From the NCBI RefSeq assembly GCF_023055435.1, contig NW_025964001.1:60450001-60514000 (forward strand): a DNA stretch of 64,000 nt, given 5' to 3'. The notes below the pieces were generated by a model. The model ran no database searches and was not told where the DNA came from. It saw only the letters and a list, made by a program, of their open reading frames with translations. A program made the position numbers and the translations under genes. The first letter of the stretch is position 1. Each line of letters begins with the position of its first letter. The DNA comes from Haliotis rufescens. Lineage: Eukaryota. Positions 12,260 to 24,991 of the stretch are shown in pieces.

Positions 12260-12962
12260 CTGGAGCAAGTGGATTACTATTATAAACCATGAACTCAACA
12301 GTAACATACACAAAGCCACATTCCAGTTCTTTTTCTATCATTATTTTGAGAATGATGCTAAGGCTTTTGGATTTAGCAGTTTCAATTCTACAGTCAGGTA
12401 AAGAGCAACATTTAGTAGACTATTACATATAAGCTAAATGTTTATTCACATTTAAATGAGAAATACATATGTTGCAAGGCCGTAGTTAACTTTTTTCGAC
12501 AGGGGGGGCAAATAAGATTATTCATTTTATATTCAAGTTAACTTTCTGACCCCCCACCCCCCCACCCCAACCACCACCCCACCCCACCCCAACCACCACC
12601 CACCCCACCCCACCCGGCTGGCTGGCTTTGGCACTGTGTTGAAACCAGGTGCACATCTAAGAAGTTAAGAACTCGCATAGTGAAAACACATCAAGGGAGA
12701 CAACTCTGCAGACAAGTACAGATTCTCCTTGGAAGCAAATAAGCCTTCCGTGGCCCAAGTTATGCTAATATCTGAAACTACTACTGCAGTTTCTACAGAG
12801 TCTGACAAATTCCAAGGAAAATGATCCTGTGGGGGGTTGAACCCCTTGAGCGTGACACTCTCCAACACAACACTCTCTGCTAAAGATATCACCTAGTAAC
12901 CTTGTACTGTAAATTGTGCATGAACCAATGTTTCACTTAATCTGTGATGTTCCGTGACATGT

Positions 12963-13244
12963 TTTTTGTTTGTTTGTTTGTTTGTTTGTTTGTTTGTTTG
13001 TTTGTTGTTTAACGCCACACTCAGCAATATTCCAACTATATTATGGCAGTCTGTAAATAACTGAGTCTGGACCAGACAATCTATTGTGCATCGATCCACG
13101 CAAATGGGATCAATGACATGTATCAACCAAGTCAGCGAGCCTGCCCACCTGATCATGTTAGTTGCCTCTTACGACAAGCCTAGTCGCCTTTTAGGGCAAG
13201 CATGGGTTGCTGAAGACCTATTCTACTCCGGATCTTGACAGGTC
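12963..13244 (-). mobile_element. Family C short retroelement (no tRNA head, (AAAC)n tail), full length
   Basis: TSD ccgtgacatgt (12952-12962, 13245-13255). Confidence 0.92.
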
Positions 13245-13261
13245 CCGTGACATGTAGCTAC

Positions 13262-13342
13262 CTAGATAGGAGTGACTTGGCTTCATCTCTCTGATGGTGA
13301 TGCTTGTGGAACCCTCTGGTATAGTGAGAACCTCGTGGTAGC
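13262..13342 (-). CDS. ADAMTS-like exon 7: GYHEVLTIPEGSTSITIREMKPSHSYL (spacer domain)
   Basis: tttcag| ... G|gtagct, 81 nt, phase 1 to 1; GY..V.TIP.G...I.I spacer motif. Confidence 0.92.
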
Positions 13343-13932
13343 CTGAAATATACGTGCATTTAGTTGCTTGAAAAAATATATCATTTTTCAAACGAAAAGT
13401 AACAATTTTTATCTAAATGGTTTGATATCTGTCAGCACAAAAGCAATTTCAGTGGTCTTCAAAGTAGTTAACAAGAATGCCTCTTTGGGGTTTAGACTAA
13501 CTTATGCGGAAGCGAGACTTTTAATAAAATTTTATTTATGAATCCTCTGAAAAGAAGCTTTTTTTCATTCCGTCGAAGAAAAAATAAAATAAAACCCCAC
13601 CTCATTACTGTCACTATCAATATAAATAAATTATTTAAAATACCATAATTCTAACCTGTTGAAAATGTATCTTAAAAACTTCAAAACAGAATGAATTATG
13701 ACAAATCATGAGAGAAAAAGAGATATTTGAAACTGTTTTTCAGGTAATTAAAGATAGTTTCCCCACTTCAACAGATTGAATGGTTCTGAAGACCTGCATT
13801 TTATTGAAGAGAAGTTTCTACTGGAACCATTTAATTTAATTTAAATGGCAGGAAATGAAGTTGTTTTATATTCTTTATAACATTAATACAGCGAAAAGAG
13901 GAATGGTGCAATGTGTTGCTGGTTGATCTTAC

Positions 13933-14056
13933 CTACATTTAGATTATCCTGCGTGAAGGCCCCTTTCTCTGTGAGACACGCACTGCCGTCCCCTCCGCAC
14001 ACACGGCACCGGTCCTCCTCCATCACCGAGCCAATCACACGGTCACACCCAACAGT
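13933..14056 (-). CDS. ADAMTS-like exon 6: [41 protein letters not shown]
   Basis: tggcag| ... G|gtaaga, 124 nt, phase 0 to 1; VGCD..IGS...D.C.VCGGDGS.C motif. Confidence 0.95.
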
Positions 14057-14099
14057 CTGCCACACACGTAGCACAGGTCAGTATAACCCTAGTCATATA

Positions 14100-14447
14100 C
14101 CGTATTCAACGAAATAAGCGCCCAGGGCACTCTCAAAATTAGAAATAGTGGGCTCTTATTAGAATATTATTTTGGTGAAAAAAAAGAAAAGAGTTCAAAC
14201 ATAAATTTTGTGGTTTATGCTGACAGCCTGAAATGTTTATATACGAGAGATATATCATTCCAGAATTTAATTGCCCATAATTAAGGGTGCATATAACACA
14301 CGAGTGCGTATTATACGCGAATAAATAAGTCTTGTGTACATTGATCAATCGGAAGGGGTGCTAATTGGGATTGTTCATTAGCCAAAATATTCGCAAATAT
14401 TGCCGTGGGCGCTTATTAGAGCGGGGCGCTTATTATGTCGACTACGG
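14100..14447. mobile_element. Tc1/mariner-type MITE
   Basis: TA|ccgta...tacgg|TA termini; subterminal aataagcgccc/gggcgcttatt. Confidence 0.75.
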
Positions 14448-14767
14448 TAGTCATGACAGGACAGAAGATCTATCAGTGACAGGATTAAGGCACAGAGCAC
14501 AAGGGTGTGTAGCTCTTTGGTTCAAAATGCCTCAGCCAGGATCAGTCGATGGAGATGAATCAATCATAGATCGATCATCTGTCAGTCATAGGATCAGGGC
14601 ACAGAGCAAAAAGGTTATTGCTCTTGTGTTTCAAAATAACTGTTTACTGAGTAAAAATAATTCATTTTCATGCAAAGAGTACCGGCATATCACCTTTTTG
14701 TTGAAATACCAGCCGCATACCATATTTCACCATAGCATTATATCCCAGTGCTCACTGACTGGCGAAA

Positions 14768-15123
14768 CCGTCTCCGTAGTCTAGTGGTAGAGCATCCGCC
14801 CGGAGAGCGGAAGGTCCGGGGTTCTATCCCCGGCCGCATCATACCAAAAGACATCAAAAGATGGTACTTGTTGTTACCCTGTCTGGCGCTTGGCATGAAG
14901 GGGCTAAAACAAGGACTGGTCGGCTCGGAGTCGGTATACTGTGTCTGAGTGGGGTATTCATGTTAAACTGCGGCATGGTATCTCAGTGGGCTAGCACTAT
15001 AAATCGGCATCATTCCGGACTAGTACACGCAGCCACACAAACACACACACGTACATGCACGTCGCTATATAAGTGCAATAATCTTGGATGCGACGTTAAT
15101 CCCAATTTCACCTCACCTCACCT
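14768..15123 (+). mobile_element. SINE family D (tRNA head, Meta-domain-like body, (CACCT)n tail), followed by a degenerate family A copy to about 15263
   Basis: A/B boxes; tcataccaaaagac..aaaagatggtacttgttg resembles the MetaSINE core (from recall). Confidence 0.88.
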
Positions 15124-15321
15124 AACTGAGTTACAGCGTTAACGTGCCAAAGGCCCGGGTTTTATTTTCCACATGGGTACAATGTGTGAAGTCCATTTCT
15201 GATGTCTCCCGCCATCATTTTACTGGAATATTGTGAAAAGTGGCGTAAAACCATGCTCACTCACACAATGACTGATATACAGAACTGACTTTCCAAGATG
15301 GTGTGATCAGTGGAAGCTCAC

Positions 15322-15458
15322 CTGGCAAACTCCCCCGACGCAGATGCCGAAATGTTCCGGGCTGTCACACTGGGTTCCGTCCGTCACCATCTCCTCCAGT
15401 TCCCGCACCACCGCAGTGCCCAATGCATGACACTTCAGAGCACATCGGTTCTTCTCGT
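15322..15458 (-). CDS. ADAMTS-like exon 5: DEKNRCALKCHALGTAVVRELEEMVTDGTQCDSPEHFGICVGGVCQ (Cys-rich module)
   Basis: ccttcag| ... CAG|gtgagc, 137 nt, phase 1 to 0; CxLxC...V.DGT.C...ICV.G.C motif. Confidence 0.93.
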
Positions 15459-16076
15459 CTGAAGGGAATAAACTCAATAACGGCAAATCTATTCAGATAC
15501 CATCACACCAGTATGTGTGATGTATTAAACTCAAGTATTGAAATCATTGATTGATAGGTAACATTCTACCATTGATGAAATGACACAGTCCTATTTTTTC
15601 ATTTTTTTTTAGAAATTTGAACATTATTTATTTTTTTATTATTATTATATTATACATTTATATACCACAGGTATCAAGGTACTAGTATCTGCTCAAATGC
15701 GGTTTTATTTCTTCCCCGACCAGTGGATCCATTTGCATTCCAGTTATCATTCTCAACTTCCTGGGGAGTATACAACCCAAGCTGCCTAGGGGTGCTAAAA
15801 GGTTTTTACATCCAGCTCACATAACGGGTACCCATTCCCGGGTGGGTGAACAGAGGCACATTTGAATTAAGTCACTTGCCCAGGATGACACAACAAGTTT
15901 TGTCACTTGTGTTTCAGGTGCATGTACGTATTCGTGTGTCCACCATCTGGTCACCTACCATCGGACGAATGGGTTCTTTTGAGTGCACAGGGTGAATGTA
16001 CTGTACACTAGGGGTAGCGACAACACTGTAAGGACCTGTGAACATTGTTGGTCCCAAGGCTGAAAAACAACCCGGT

Positions 16077-16263
16077 TAGGGACCGGTCATTTTTTATAGG
16101 GAGGGTTGGTTGGGGCTGGTCATGAAAAAATGTTTACATACATTGGGGAAGGTGGGTGGGGGAGGGGGGGGCAGCTAAATATGTTTCAAGACCAATTCCA
16201 CTTGCCCCCCACCCCCAGCCCCCACACACACACTCACAAAAAAAATAAAACATGACCAGTCTC
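16077..16263. mobile_element. MITE with agggaccggtcat termini (related copy about 10650-10900)
   Basis: tagggaccggtcattttt versus aaaacatgaccagtctct. Confidence 0.6.
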
Positions 16264-16449
16264 TTTCTTCTATTGATGTCATGATAAAGAAAGAAACAGC
16301 ATATGTGTGTCTGTTAACACAAGATTTTGAAGTTAAAGAATCACATAGATATATATTATATAATTTAAACTGCATTTTTTAAAGATCTCAGTTTTATTAA
16401 TTATAATCATATTCTTGCAAATGGCACATATCGAAGCTGCTGTTCTTAC

Positions 16450-16561
16450 CAAAGTGTGGCACCCAATCATATGTCTTAGCCTGGCCATTCAGGATCATCG
16501 GAAGATGGTTAAACTGGGCACACTGCATGCTACGAAAGTCTTCAGAATCCCGGGGACAAGG
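16450..16561 (-). CDS. ADAMTS-like exon 4: PCPRDSEDFRSMQCAQFNHLPMILNGQAKTYDWVPHF (Cys-rich module start)
   Basis: ttcctcag| ... G|gtaaga, 112 nt, phase 0 to 1; hallmark CP..DFR..QC motif. Confidence 0.93.
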
Positions 16562-16884
16562 CTGAGGAAAGACAGATACACTTTAAATTTGCAAACATTG
16601 ACAAGGTTCAGTATAGGTTGATTTTACTACTCCTATGTATAAAACACTAGACAATGAAACAAAGAGAACTATTTTAAATGAAATAAGGTTGTAGTCATTA
16701 ACAGGTTAAAGAGTGTTTGCACTGGTATATTTTACAACTGCTTCACACATCACTTCCCCAGTGAGAAAAATTCATCAAATTATAATTTCTTTTGGACAAG
16801 AGGCGATATTTTATGACTGCTTCAATTACACGATGTGATGTCGAAAGCAACACAATAATTAAAAGCTGCTTTTCATATATATAG

Positions 16885-17185
16885 GTGAGGTGAAATGGGG
16901 TTTAACGTCGCGTCCAAGATTTATTGCACTTATATAGCCACGTGCATGCACGTGTGTGTGTGTGTGTGTGGCTGCTTTTACTAGTCCGGACTGGTGCCGA
17001 TTTATAGTGCTAGCACACTGAGATACCATGCCGCAGTTTAACATGAATACCCCACTCAAACACAGTATACTGACTCTGAGCCGACCAGTCCTTGTTTTAG
17101 CCCTTTAATGCCGAGCGCCAGACAGGGTAACAACAAGTACCATCTTTTAACGTCTTATGACGCGGCCGGGGATTGAACCCCCGGA
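16885..17185 (-). mobile_element. SINE family D, 5'-truncated
   Basis: Reverse-complement match to 14768-15123. Confidence 0.9.
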
Positions 17186-17305
17186 CTCATATATATAAAT
17201 GCTCTGTGAAGAATAGGTCATCAAATTATTATATTATTTTAATATAATCAAAAATAAAACACAATAATTCATGGAAGTCAACTGTGTTGTAAATCTGTCA
17301 CTTAC

Positions 17306-17366
17306 ATCTGTGTCACAGGACGAGTATTCATGGTCTGGACCAACACATCCCATGCCCTTGCCGGAG
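17306..17366 (-). CDS. ADAMTS-like exon 3: SGKGMGCVGPDHEYSSCDTD (end of TSP1-1)
   Basis: tttcag| ... GAT|gtaagt, 61 nt, phase 2 to 0; CxG...C pattern completes the TSP1. Confidence 0.9.
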
Positions 17367-17467
17367 CTGAAATACAGAAGTCATTGTCAGCTTCACAAAC
17401 TTCACAAAGGCAGTTGAAATAAGCACATCAATATGACAACATTACAAACAGACATTAAAGCATACTC

Positions 17468-17577
17468 AGGGTCCCGTTCCATAAAGCGATCGTAGCGCTA
17501 CGATTGTCGTAAGTTTATGTTAAAGTATGGGAGTTACGATTGTCTTTAGTGCTACGATCGCTTTGTGAAACAGGGCC
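17468..17577. mobile_element. Small palindromic MITE, about 110 bp (degenerate copy about 9891-9990; expanded copy 48418-49576)
   Basis: aaagcgatcgtagcgcta versus tagtgctacgatcgcttt inverted arms. Confidence 0.8.
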
Positions 17578-17686
17578 GGGTTTTCCAGTTTCTCACCGCA
17601 ATGAGACTTTGTTACCTTCCAGTTTAGAGATCTAAACTTACACTTCATGTCCTCAAACGTTCTGCCACATCTCAATTGATATTTGG

Positions 17687-18117
17687 TAGGGGTGACTATT
17701 GGTCTGGAAATCACTATTGCAATAACTATTGATATTGCAAGCAACTATTGCGATAAATATCGATAGTTTTCAGTGTATCATGTAGATGGATTTTAGAGTT
17801 GAATTAAACCTTGGAACTGAAGATTCCTTTAAATGTGATAACCATAACAACAATTTGTTTTTTCTTTACCCTAATAATTAAAAAAAAAAGAAACTTCCAC
17901 ATTACCATGAGTAAATTACTACTCATGATTAACAGAAAAAAAATTTGAACAGCATTATTGCATGCCTTTTATTGATAAGGTAAATACAATCGAAACTGTC
18001 GACATTCCGAATTGAAATTGATACTATTGATCGGAAACTGATTTAACAATCGATTTATTGACCTTAAGTGCTTACTAATAGCAAAATATCGATATTTCGA
18101 TTATCGTGACACCCCTA
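17687..18117. mobile_element. hAT-like MITE
   Basis: TIR taggggtg/caccccta; degenerate 8-bp TSD atatttgg/atgtttgt; internal atcgat motifs. Confidence 0.7.
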
Positions 18118-18729
18118 ATGTTTGTATAAGGTAAGAACGTGGTTCTACCTAGGATTCCCCATAAGGCACAGGGTGGGGAAAATGCATTACAGTACCAGCA
18201 AGTCAAATGAAATGTTAGGATCTGTGTTTATTCAGACCCTAGCTTGATGTCTCACTGCGAGAAACTAGTATCACAGTTGTTGATCACTCTAAGCTGTATT
18301 AGATGTACATAATCCTTACTCTGCCCTTACGTCACTTGCTGACAACGGTACAAGGATCTATACCGAAACTTCCAGGTGTCGATTTAACTGCTGGCCCGTT
18401 GGCCCGTGGCTAGTTAAAATTACAAAGTGCTTTGCTGAAACATAAAGTAGATGGCCTGTCTGACTAGTCAAATTTTCACCCCTTCTCCATACCTGGTTAA
18501 TTTTTTTAATGGACACTACTCGTGAATCATGTAATTTTGATTAGAAAATATTTAGGGGGGAAAAATATACAGGGATTTATTTAGACCTGCTCAGAGGCAG
18601 AGCTCCAAATCATCAGCCAGTGTCAGTACAAATTTCCAAATTGAAATTACAAGTTTCCTGTTCATGTTGTTATAGTAATGACAAATGTTATGGCTCTGTA
18701 GAGTGGACTTTCCTTGATAACAGGAACAA

Positions 18730-19119
18730 AGAAATTTAAAGAAACTAAGTTGAAATTTCAAGTTAAAATCTTAAAATTTCAACTTGAAGTTTTCAACTTA
18801 GTATCTGGAAATTTTAAGATACCAAGTTGAAATTTCAAGATGCTTTGTTGAAATTTCAAGACACTTAAGTTGAAATTTCAAGATAATAAGTTGAAATTTC
18901 AAGTTAAAATCTTAATATTTCAACTTAGTATCTGGAAATTTTAAGATACTAAGTTGAAATTTCTAGATGCTTTGTTGAAATTTCAAGACACTTAAGTTGA
19001 AATTTCAAGATAATAAGTTGAAATTTCAAGATAGTTACTCATTCCAAGCTTGCTCATGTTAGTATCTTGAAATTTCAAGAAATAAATAATAAACAAATGA
19101 CCCTCAAAGGCTTCCAGTA
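18730..19119. mobile_element. MITE-like fragment with internal repeats of the palindrome ttgaaatttcaa
   Basis: Right end accctcaaaggcttccagta resembles the 62521 MITE terminus; left TIR not found. Confidence 0.55.
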
Positions 19120-19142
19120 CCTGTGTGCTTCTACATCAATAA

Positions 19143-19231
19143 ATGTGTGAAGCCCATTTCTGGTGTCCCCCGCCGTGATATTGCTGGAATATTGCTAAAA
19201 GCGGCGTAAAACCAAACTCACTCACTCACTC
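19143..19231 (+). mobile_element. SINE family A, 5'-truncated
   Basis: 3' half only; TSD ctacatcaata/ctacagcaata. Confidence 0.85.
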
Positions 19232-19424
19232 TACAGCAATACAGCCTAAACTTCTGAAGCTGTCGTAAAATCTCTTAGACATATATGCCCATCACAAGTT
19301 GTTTTGGTAACCAATATAGTAAGAGTACATCATATGTGTTAATATTTCATAGTAAGGTTGTATAGAATGGAGGCTCCTTTTTAATGGGATGTTTAGTTCA
19401 AAGTGCCGGGTTACTTTGGGTTGA

Positions 19425-19860
19425 GTGAGTGAGTAAGTGAGTATGGTCAATGGCTATACGCAGCTTTTAGCAATATACCAGCAATATGATCAGAAATGGA
19501 CTTCACACATTCGTTGTTGTTTGTTTGTTGTTTAACGCCGCACTCAGCAATATTCGAGGTATATGACGTAGGTCTGTAAATAATCGAGTCTGGACCAGAC
19601 AATCCAGTGATTGATATCATGAGCATCGATCCACGACATTGGGATACGATAACATGCATCAACCAAGTCAGCGAGTCTGACCACCCGTTAGTCGCCTCTT
19701 ACGACAAGCACAGTCGCCTTTTACAGTAAGCATGGGTTGCTGAAGACCTATTCTATCCCGTATCTTCACGGGTCTCACACATTCGAATCTAATCGAATCG
19801 AACCCGGGTCTGCGTCGTGACGAGCGAACGCTTCAACCGCAAGTCTAACCCTTCGACCCC
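19425..19860 (-). mobile_element. Diverged family A SINE interrupted by a family C element (19514-19774)
   Basis: Outer TSD ttgggttga; inner TSD tcacacattcg (19503-19513, 19775-19785). Confidence 0.9.
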
Positions 19861-19977
19861 CTTGGGTTGAAAAGCGGTCACTTGTCAGGAACTGAGTATA
19901 GATGGAATGCATCAAAAGGAAAAAAACAATATGTACAAAGAAGCCGTAATGTCCTAATATTTGCAACATGCCCGTAC

Positions 19978-20075
19978 CCCTTGTGTATGCAGCCCCGGGT
20001 GCGCGCCTGCACGCCTCCCCCACAAGTCCTGGAGCAGGGGGAGAAGTCACTCCACTGGTCCCACATGCCGTCACC
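19978..20075 (-). CDS. ADAMTS-like exon 2: first TSP1 repeat GDGMWDQWSDFSPCSRTCGGGVQARTRGCIHKG
   Basis: ttgcag| acceptor, GG|gtacgg donor (phase 0 to 2); WxxW and CSRTCGGG TSP1 motifs. Confidence 0.93.
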
Positions 20076-20170
20076 CTGCAAGCATAAAACACACGAATAC
20101 ATTTTTTGATAAACTCAAAAGAATTCTTTTCCAGCAGTTTTCATGCCATTGATATTTCTCTATCTTATGC

Positions 20171-20431
20171 AATACCGCTTTTAACAGTATTCCAGTTATA
20201 TCGCGGCGTGTCAGCTTCATGTGGGAGGAAAGCCAGCAGTGATGCAGGTCTCAGACGTTTACCACTTCGGTGAAACCCACGAGCACGGGTATGGTGCTGA
20301 CAAACCTTGAAACATAATCGGGGCGAACCGGGATTCGAACCCACAATCACAGGTTTCTGGCGTGTCCGAAGGGACTCAACTCTGCACAGCGAATCGCGGC
20401 GCCTTAGGCGACTGGGCCACCCGTGCCCCCC
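20171..20431 (-). mobile_element. SINE family B lacking the microsatellite tail
   Basis: Body identity to other copies. Confidence 0.92.
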
Positions 20432-20546
20432 AATACCAGATGAACCGGAAATAGCAATGGTTTGTGGGATACATTGACAGCGTCGCGTGTGGTCATGGTA
20501 GGCTTCACGTGATCAAGTATATGTGATACAGGTGAAACCCTTAGAG

Positions 20547-20931
20547 TGAGTGAGTGAGTGAGTGAGTGAGTGAGTTGTACATGTGTTTAACGCCGCTGTT
20601 AACATTATTCCAGTTATATCACGGCGTGTCAGCTTAATGTGGGAGGAAAGCCAGAATGATGCAGGTCTGACGTTAACCACTTCGGTGAAACCCACGAGCA
20701 CGGGTCGCGTGCTGACAAACCTAGAAACATAATCGGGACGAACCGGGATTCGAACCCATAATCATAGCATTCGTCTCCACTCGCCTCTTTCCGTAATCTG
20801 CAAGAATTCGGCTTGTCCCGGAATAACACGAGTTGGTCACGAATGCAATCATAGGTTTCTGGCGTGCCCAAGGGACGCAACTCTGCACAGCAAATTGCGG
20901 CGCCTTAGACGACTGGGCCACCCGTGCCCCC
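20547..20931 (-). mobile_element. SINE family B with a nested ~80-bp TIR element (20768-20845)
   Basis: Outer TSD gaaacc(c/t)ttagag; inner duplication aatcatag. Confidence 0.92.
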
Positions 20932-21086
20932 GAAACCTTTAGAGCGAATGTATCATGAGATGTTACTGTTGGTGTTTTACCGTAGAATGCAACACAGTTT
21001 GTACTCAATGGGCTGTTTTGTCCTGGATTGTGTCTTTGTCAATTTATTCTTAAAACAGATCCTATTGTGGCAATGTGATCTTGGAA

Positions 21087-21370
21087 AGTGAGTGAGTGAG
21101 TTTAACGCCGCTTTGAACAGTATTACAGTTGTATCACGGTGTGCCAGCTTAATGTGGGAGGAAAGTGATGCAGGTCTCAGACGTTTACCAGTTTGGTGTT
21201 GACAAACCTAGAAACATAAACGGGACGAACTGATCACAGGTTTCTGGCGATCCCAATTGCGTGGATCAATGCTAATGATGCCAATCTCTGGACTGTCTGG
21301 TCGATTATTTACAGACCGCCGTCAATTAGCTGGATTATTGCTGAATGCGGCGTTAAACAACAAACCAATA
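21087..21370. mobile_element. Deleted family B copy (-) fused to a family C 3' fragment (+)
   Basis: Sequence similarity to both families. Confidence 0.75.
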
Positions 21371-21776
21371 ACAATGTACAAGATGGCACTGAACTATCTT
21401 CCACGGGATCGGCCTCACTGTGGGTGGAAGTGTTGTGCTTTGTGTTGTAATACTCTGTGAAACTGACTTGCGTGCTTATTTCTTCAGGTGCATGCGTTTT
21501 TCAGTGATTTCTTTCTTTCAATGGCGTTTGACACGCCTTGGCCGTTGATAGAATATGTCAACTTCTAGCCACAGCACCGAACAAACTCAAGGTAGCATTC
21601 GATATGTCTTCCCAGTTGTTACAGTGATTCAAGTCGTTGAATTTCAACTAATCCATATAACACGCTCAGATAAATTGGCAAGTGTAGTTTTCAAGAAGCA
21701 AAGCGTTTTTTAACACGTGAAGGCTTAACCCATGCTATTCAACATTGCCCACGGAGAAAGGCGACAACCCATACGT

Positions 21777-22048
21777 TGGTTGGTTGGTTTGTTGTTTGTT
21801 TAACGTCGCACTCAGCAATATTCCAGCTATATGACGGCGGTATGTAAATAATCGAGTCTGGACCTGACAAACCAGTGATTGATATCATGAGCATCGATCC
21901 ACACAATTTGGATCAATGACATGCATCAACCAAGTCAGCGAGCCTGTGCACCCGATCCGGTTAGTCGCCTCTTACGACAAGCATAGTCACCTTTTATGGC
22001 AGGCATGGGATGTTGAAGTCCTATTCCACCCCGGGTCTTCACGGGTCT
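21777..22048 (-). mobile_element. Family C element, full length
   Basis: Same 5' end (gacccgtgaaga) and tail as other copies. Confidence 0.92.
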
Positions 22049-22762
22049 CCCACAGATGTAACTGGGCGACGTAGATAAACGCAATGCTCGAACGATGGCA
22101 TCCAAAAGTGGAAGAGACATGACAATCGGTACTTGGAGAGGTACAGGCATTCGACTTGACAATTGTGAGAATATCCAGGAAATACCAAACTCGACTCCCT
22201 GTTCATAAAATGTATTTGTCCGACGTTGATTAGGTCGGATAGTATTCAGGGAATCATCATTATTTAAATACGGGTCAGCGATAGAAACTGACAAGTTTAG
22301 TCCACTAGTCCTTATAACGATGGCATAAAGTAAATGCTTCGGAGTATGCTTACATACAATCGTTCCATAAGTGTCATTTTGATGCAATATTGAAAGGTTA
22401 AAGGTCTTCCCAAGCTATTTTCCCCCATACTGTCAAAAGTGACGCACGTACGATAAGCATGTTCATGAAAGCAAATTCACAGATTACCGCGACAGTAAAT
22501 TAACACATTCGTGCACAAGCAGGGATAAATCGAGCTTAGTGACAATCGCCTGCTTTATATACCAACAGAGTCTGTTTCACGCACCCCAGGGACGTCGGGT
22601 GTATACGTGTGTCACTTGGTTTTAATAAGACACACTACTTAACTCATCGTTTCCTGCTGTGAGATAACACTGTGTTTAGAATGACCAGTGACACTCGGTC
22701 CATTGTGAGACGAGATTGTGATATTAATAGTCTCTTTCATTGTGGACCTCATATAAGACATA

Positions 22763-23441
22763 TCCATGAAGATCTGGGTTAGAATTGGTCTTCAGCAACC
22801 AATGCTTGTGCCCCATGAAGATCCGGGTTAGAATTGGTCTTCAGCAACCCATGCTTGTGCCCCATGAAGATCTGGGTTAGAATCGGTCTTCAGCAACCCA
22901 TGCTTGTGCCCCATGAAGATCCGGGTTAGAATTGGTCTTCAGCAACCCATGCTTGTGCCCCATGAAGATCCGGGTTAGAATTGGTCTTCAGCAACCCATG
23001 CTTGTGCCCCATGAAGATCTGGGTTAGAATTGGTCTTCAGCAACCCATGCTTGTGCCCCATGAAGATCTGGGTCAGAATTGGTCTTCAGCAACCCAGGCT
23101 TGTGCCCCATGAAGATCCGGGTTAGAATTGGTCTTCAGCAACCCATGCTTGTGCCCCATGAAGATCTGGGTTAGAATTGGTCTTCAGCAACCCATGCTTG
23201 TGCCCCATGAAGATCTGGGTTAGAATTGGTCTTCGGCAACCCATGCTTGTGCCCCATGAAGATCTGGGTTAGAATTGGTCTTCAGCAACCCATGCTTGTG
23301 CCCCATTAAGATCTGAGTTAGAATTGGTCTTCAGCAACCCATGCTTGTGCCCCATGAAGATCTGAGTTAGAATTGGTCTTCAGCAACCCATGCTTGTGCC
23401 CCATTAAGATCTGGGTTAGAATTGGTCTTCAGCAACCCATG
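22763..23441 (+). repeat. 49-bp minisatellite, about 14 units, made from the head of a family C element
   Basis: cccatgaagatctgggttagaattggtcttcagcaacccatgcttgtgc; the last unit runs on into the family C body to about 23640. Confidence 0.95.
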
Positions 23442-23709
23442 TTTTTCATAAGAGGCGATTAACAGAATCGTGTTGTCAGGCTCGCTGACTTGGTTGATGC
23501 ATCTCACCGTATCCCAATTACGAAGATCGATGCTCATGATATCAATCACTGGATTGTCTGGTCAAAAACTCGATTATTTACAGACCGCCGTCATGTATGT
23601 GGAATATTGCTGACTGTGGCGTTAAACAACAAACAAAAAAACATTCACGAGTACTGTTGTACAGTCGTAATAGAAATGATGTTGTGATGGTGGTACTTAA
23701 AGGGCAACA

Positions 23710-23879
23710 GGGGCGGTCGGGTAGCCTAGTGGTGGAAGCGTTCTCGCGTCACGCCGAAGACCCGGGTTCGATTCCCGACATGGGTACAATGTGTGAAGCC
23801 CATTTCTGGTGTCCCCCGCCGTGATATTGCTGGAATATTGCTAAAAGCGGCGTAAAACCATACACACTCACTCACTCAC
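23710..23879 (+). mobile_element. SINE family A, full length
   Basis: TSD taaagggcaaca (23698-23709, 23880-23891). Confidence 0.95.
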
Positions 23880-24560
23880 TAAAGGGCAACATAGTCTGAG
23901 AGACTAAACCAGCGGTGGTTTAACCTGGTAAATAGATAAGTCTTTCTCAGTCTTTCACTGACCAAAATCAACCATACACAATCTCTCAAATTACCATCTA
24001 CCATGCAGTGAGCGGAATTAGCCTCGTTAACCCAGTAACCAAGTAGTGTTTTTTCATTCCTTGACCAATTACAAGCAGGTGTCACGTAGGTGGTATAGAC
24101 ACAAAGGCGTCTGGATGGTGATGAAGAGGAGGCGATGATGTAGCTGTTTATGGTGCTATGGGTTAAATGTTCTTTCACTACTTGACACAAGGCGCTGTAA
24201 GCAGCATCTACTATGGGATACAATACCTAATTGGTAACACTATCATGTTGCGGTCCGAGGCTGTTTTATCTGTCACTTCAAGTAGCTGGCGACATTCTGC
24301 CCGAGGTCTCTAACATGCAAATTCCCATTAATGTGATGTTTTCCCCTCATTAAGAACTGTTGTATAAAAGAGATTTAGGACGTGACATTGTGATTTATAT
24401 CCGTAGGATGGTCATGTGACGTGATATCACCACAATCCCGTGGAACGCAATCCTACAGTAGATCTCTACTGTAGACTAACGCCTAATGTCAAATATATAA
24501 GTATGATAGAAACAAGCAACTACATATAAACTGAAAAGGAGCCCCAGTGAGATGGTGCTT

Positions 24561-24991
24561 CACTGAGAAACCATGCCGCAGTTTAACATGAATACCCCAC
24601 TCAGACACAGTATACTGATTCCGAGCTGACCAGTCCTTGTTTTAGCCCCTTAATGCCGAGCGCCAGACAGGGTAACAACAAGTACCATCTTTAAACGTCT
24701 TTTGGTATGACGCGGTCGGGGATCGGACGCTCTACCATTAGACCACGGAGGCGGTCCAGATCCGGGTAGAAAATAGGTCTTCAGCTACCCATGCTTGTCG
24801 TAAGAGGCGACTAAAGGGATTGGGTGGTCAGGCTTGCTGACTTGGTTGATGCATGTCATCGTATCCCATTTGCGTAGATCGATGCTCATGATATCAATCA
24901 CTGGATTGTTTGGTCAGGACTCAATTATTTACAGACTGCCGTCATGTAGCTGGATGTTGCTGAGTGCGGCTTTAAACAACAAACAAACAAA
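24561..24991. mobile_element. Family D fragment (-, 24561-24756) head-to-head with a family C element (+, 24757-24991)
   Basis: Similarity to both families. Confidence 0.88.

Noticed and set aside
22763-23441. CRISPR array (also considered for the other arrays)
   Set aside because: No unique spacers, no cas genes, eukaryotic context
23710-23785. tRNA-Asp-like gene (and other tRNA-like heads)
   Set aside because: No acceptor stem; continues into a SINE body with tail and TSD; many dispersed copies
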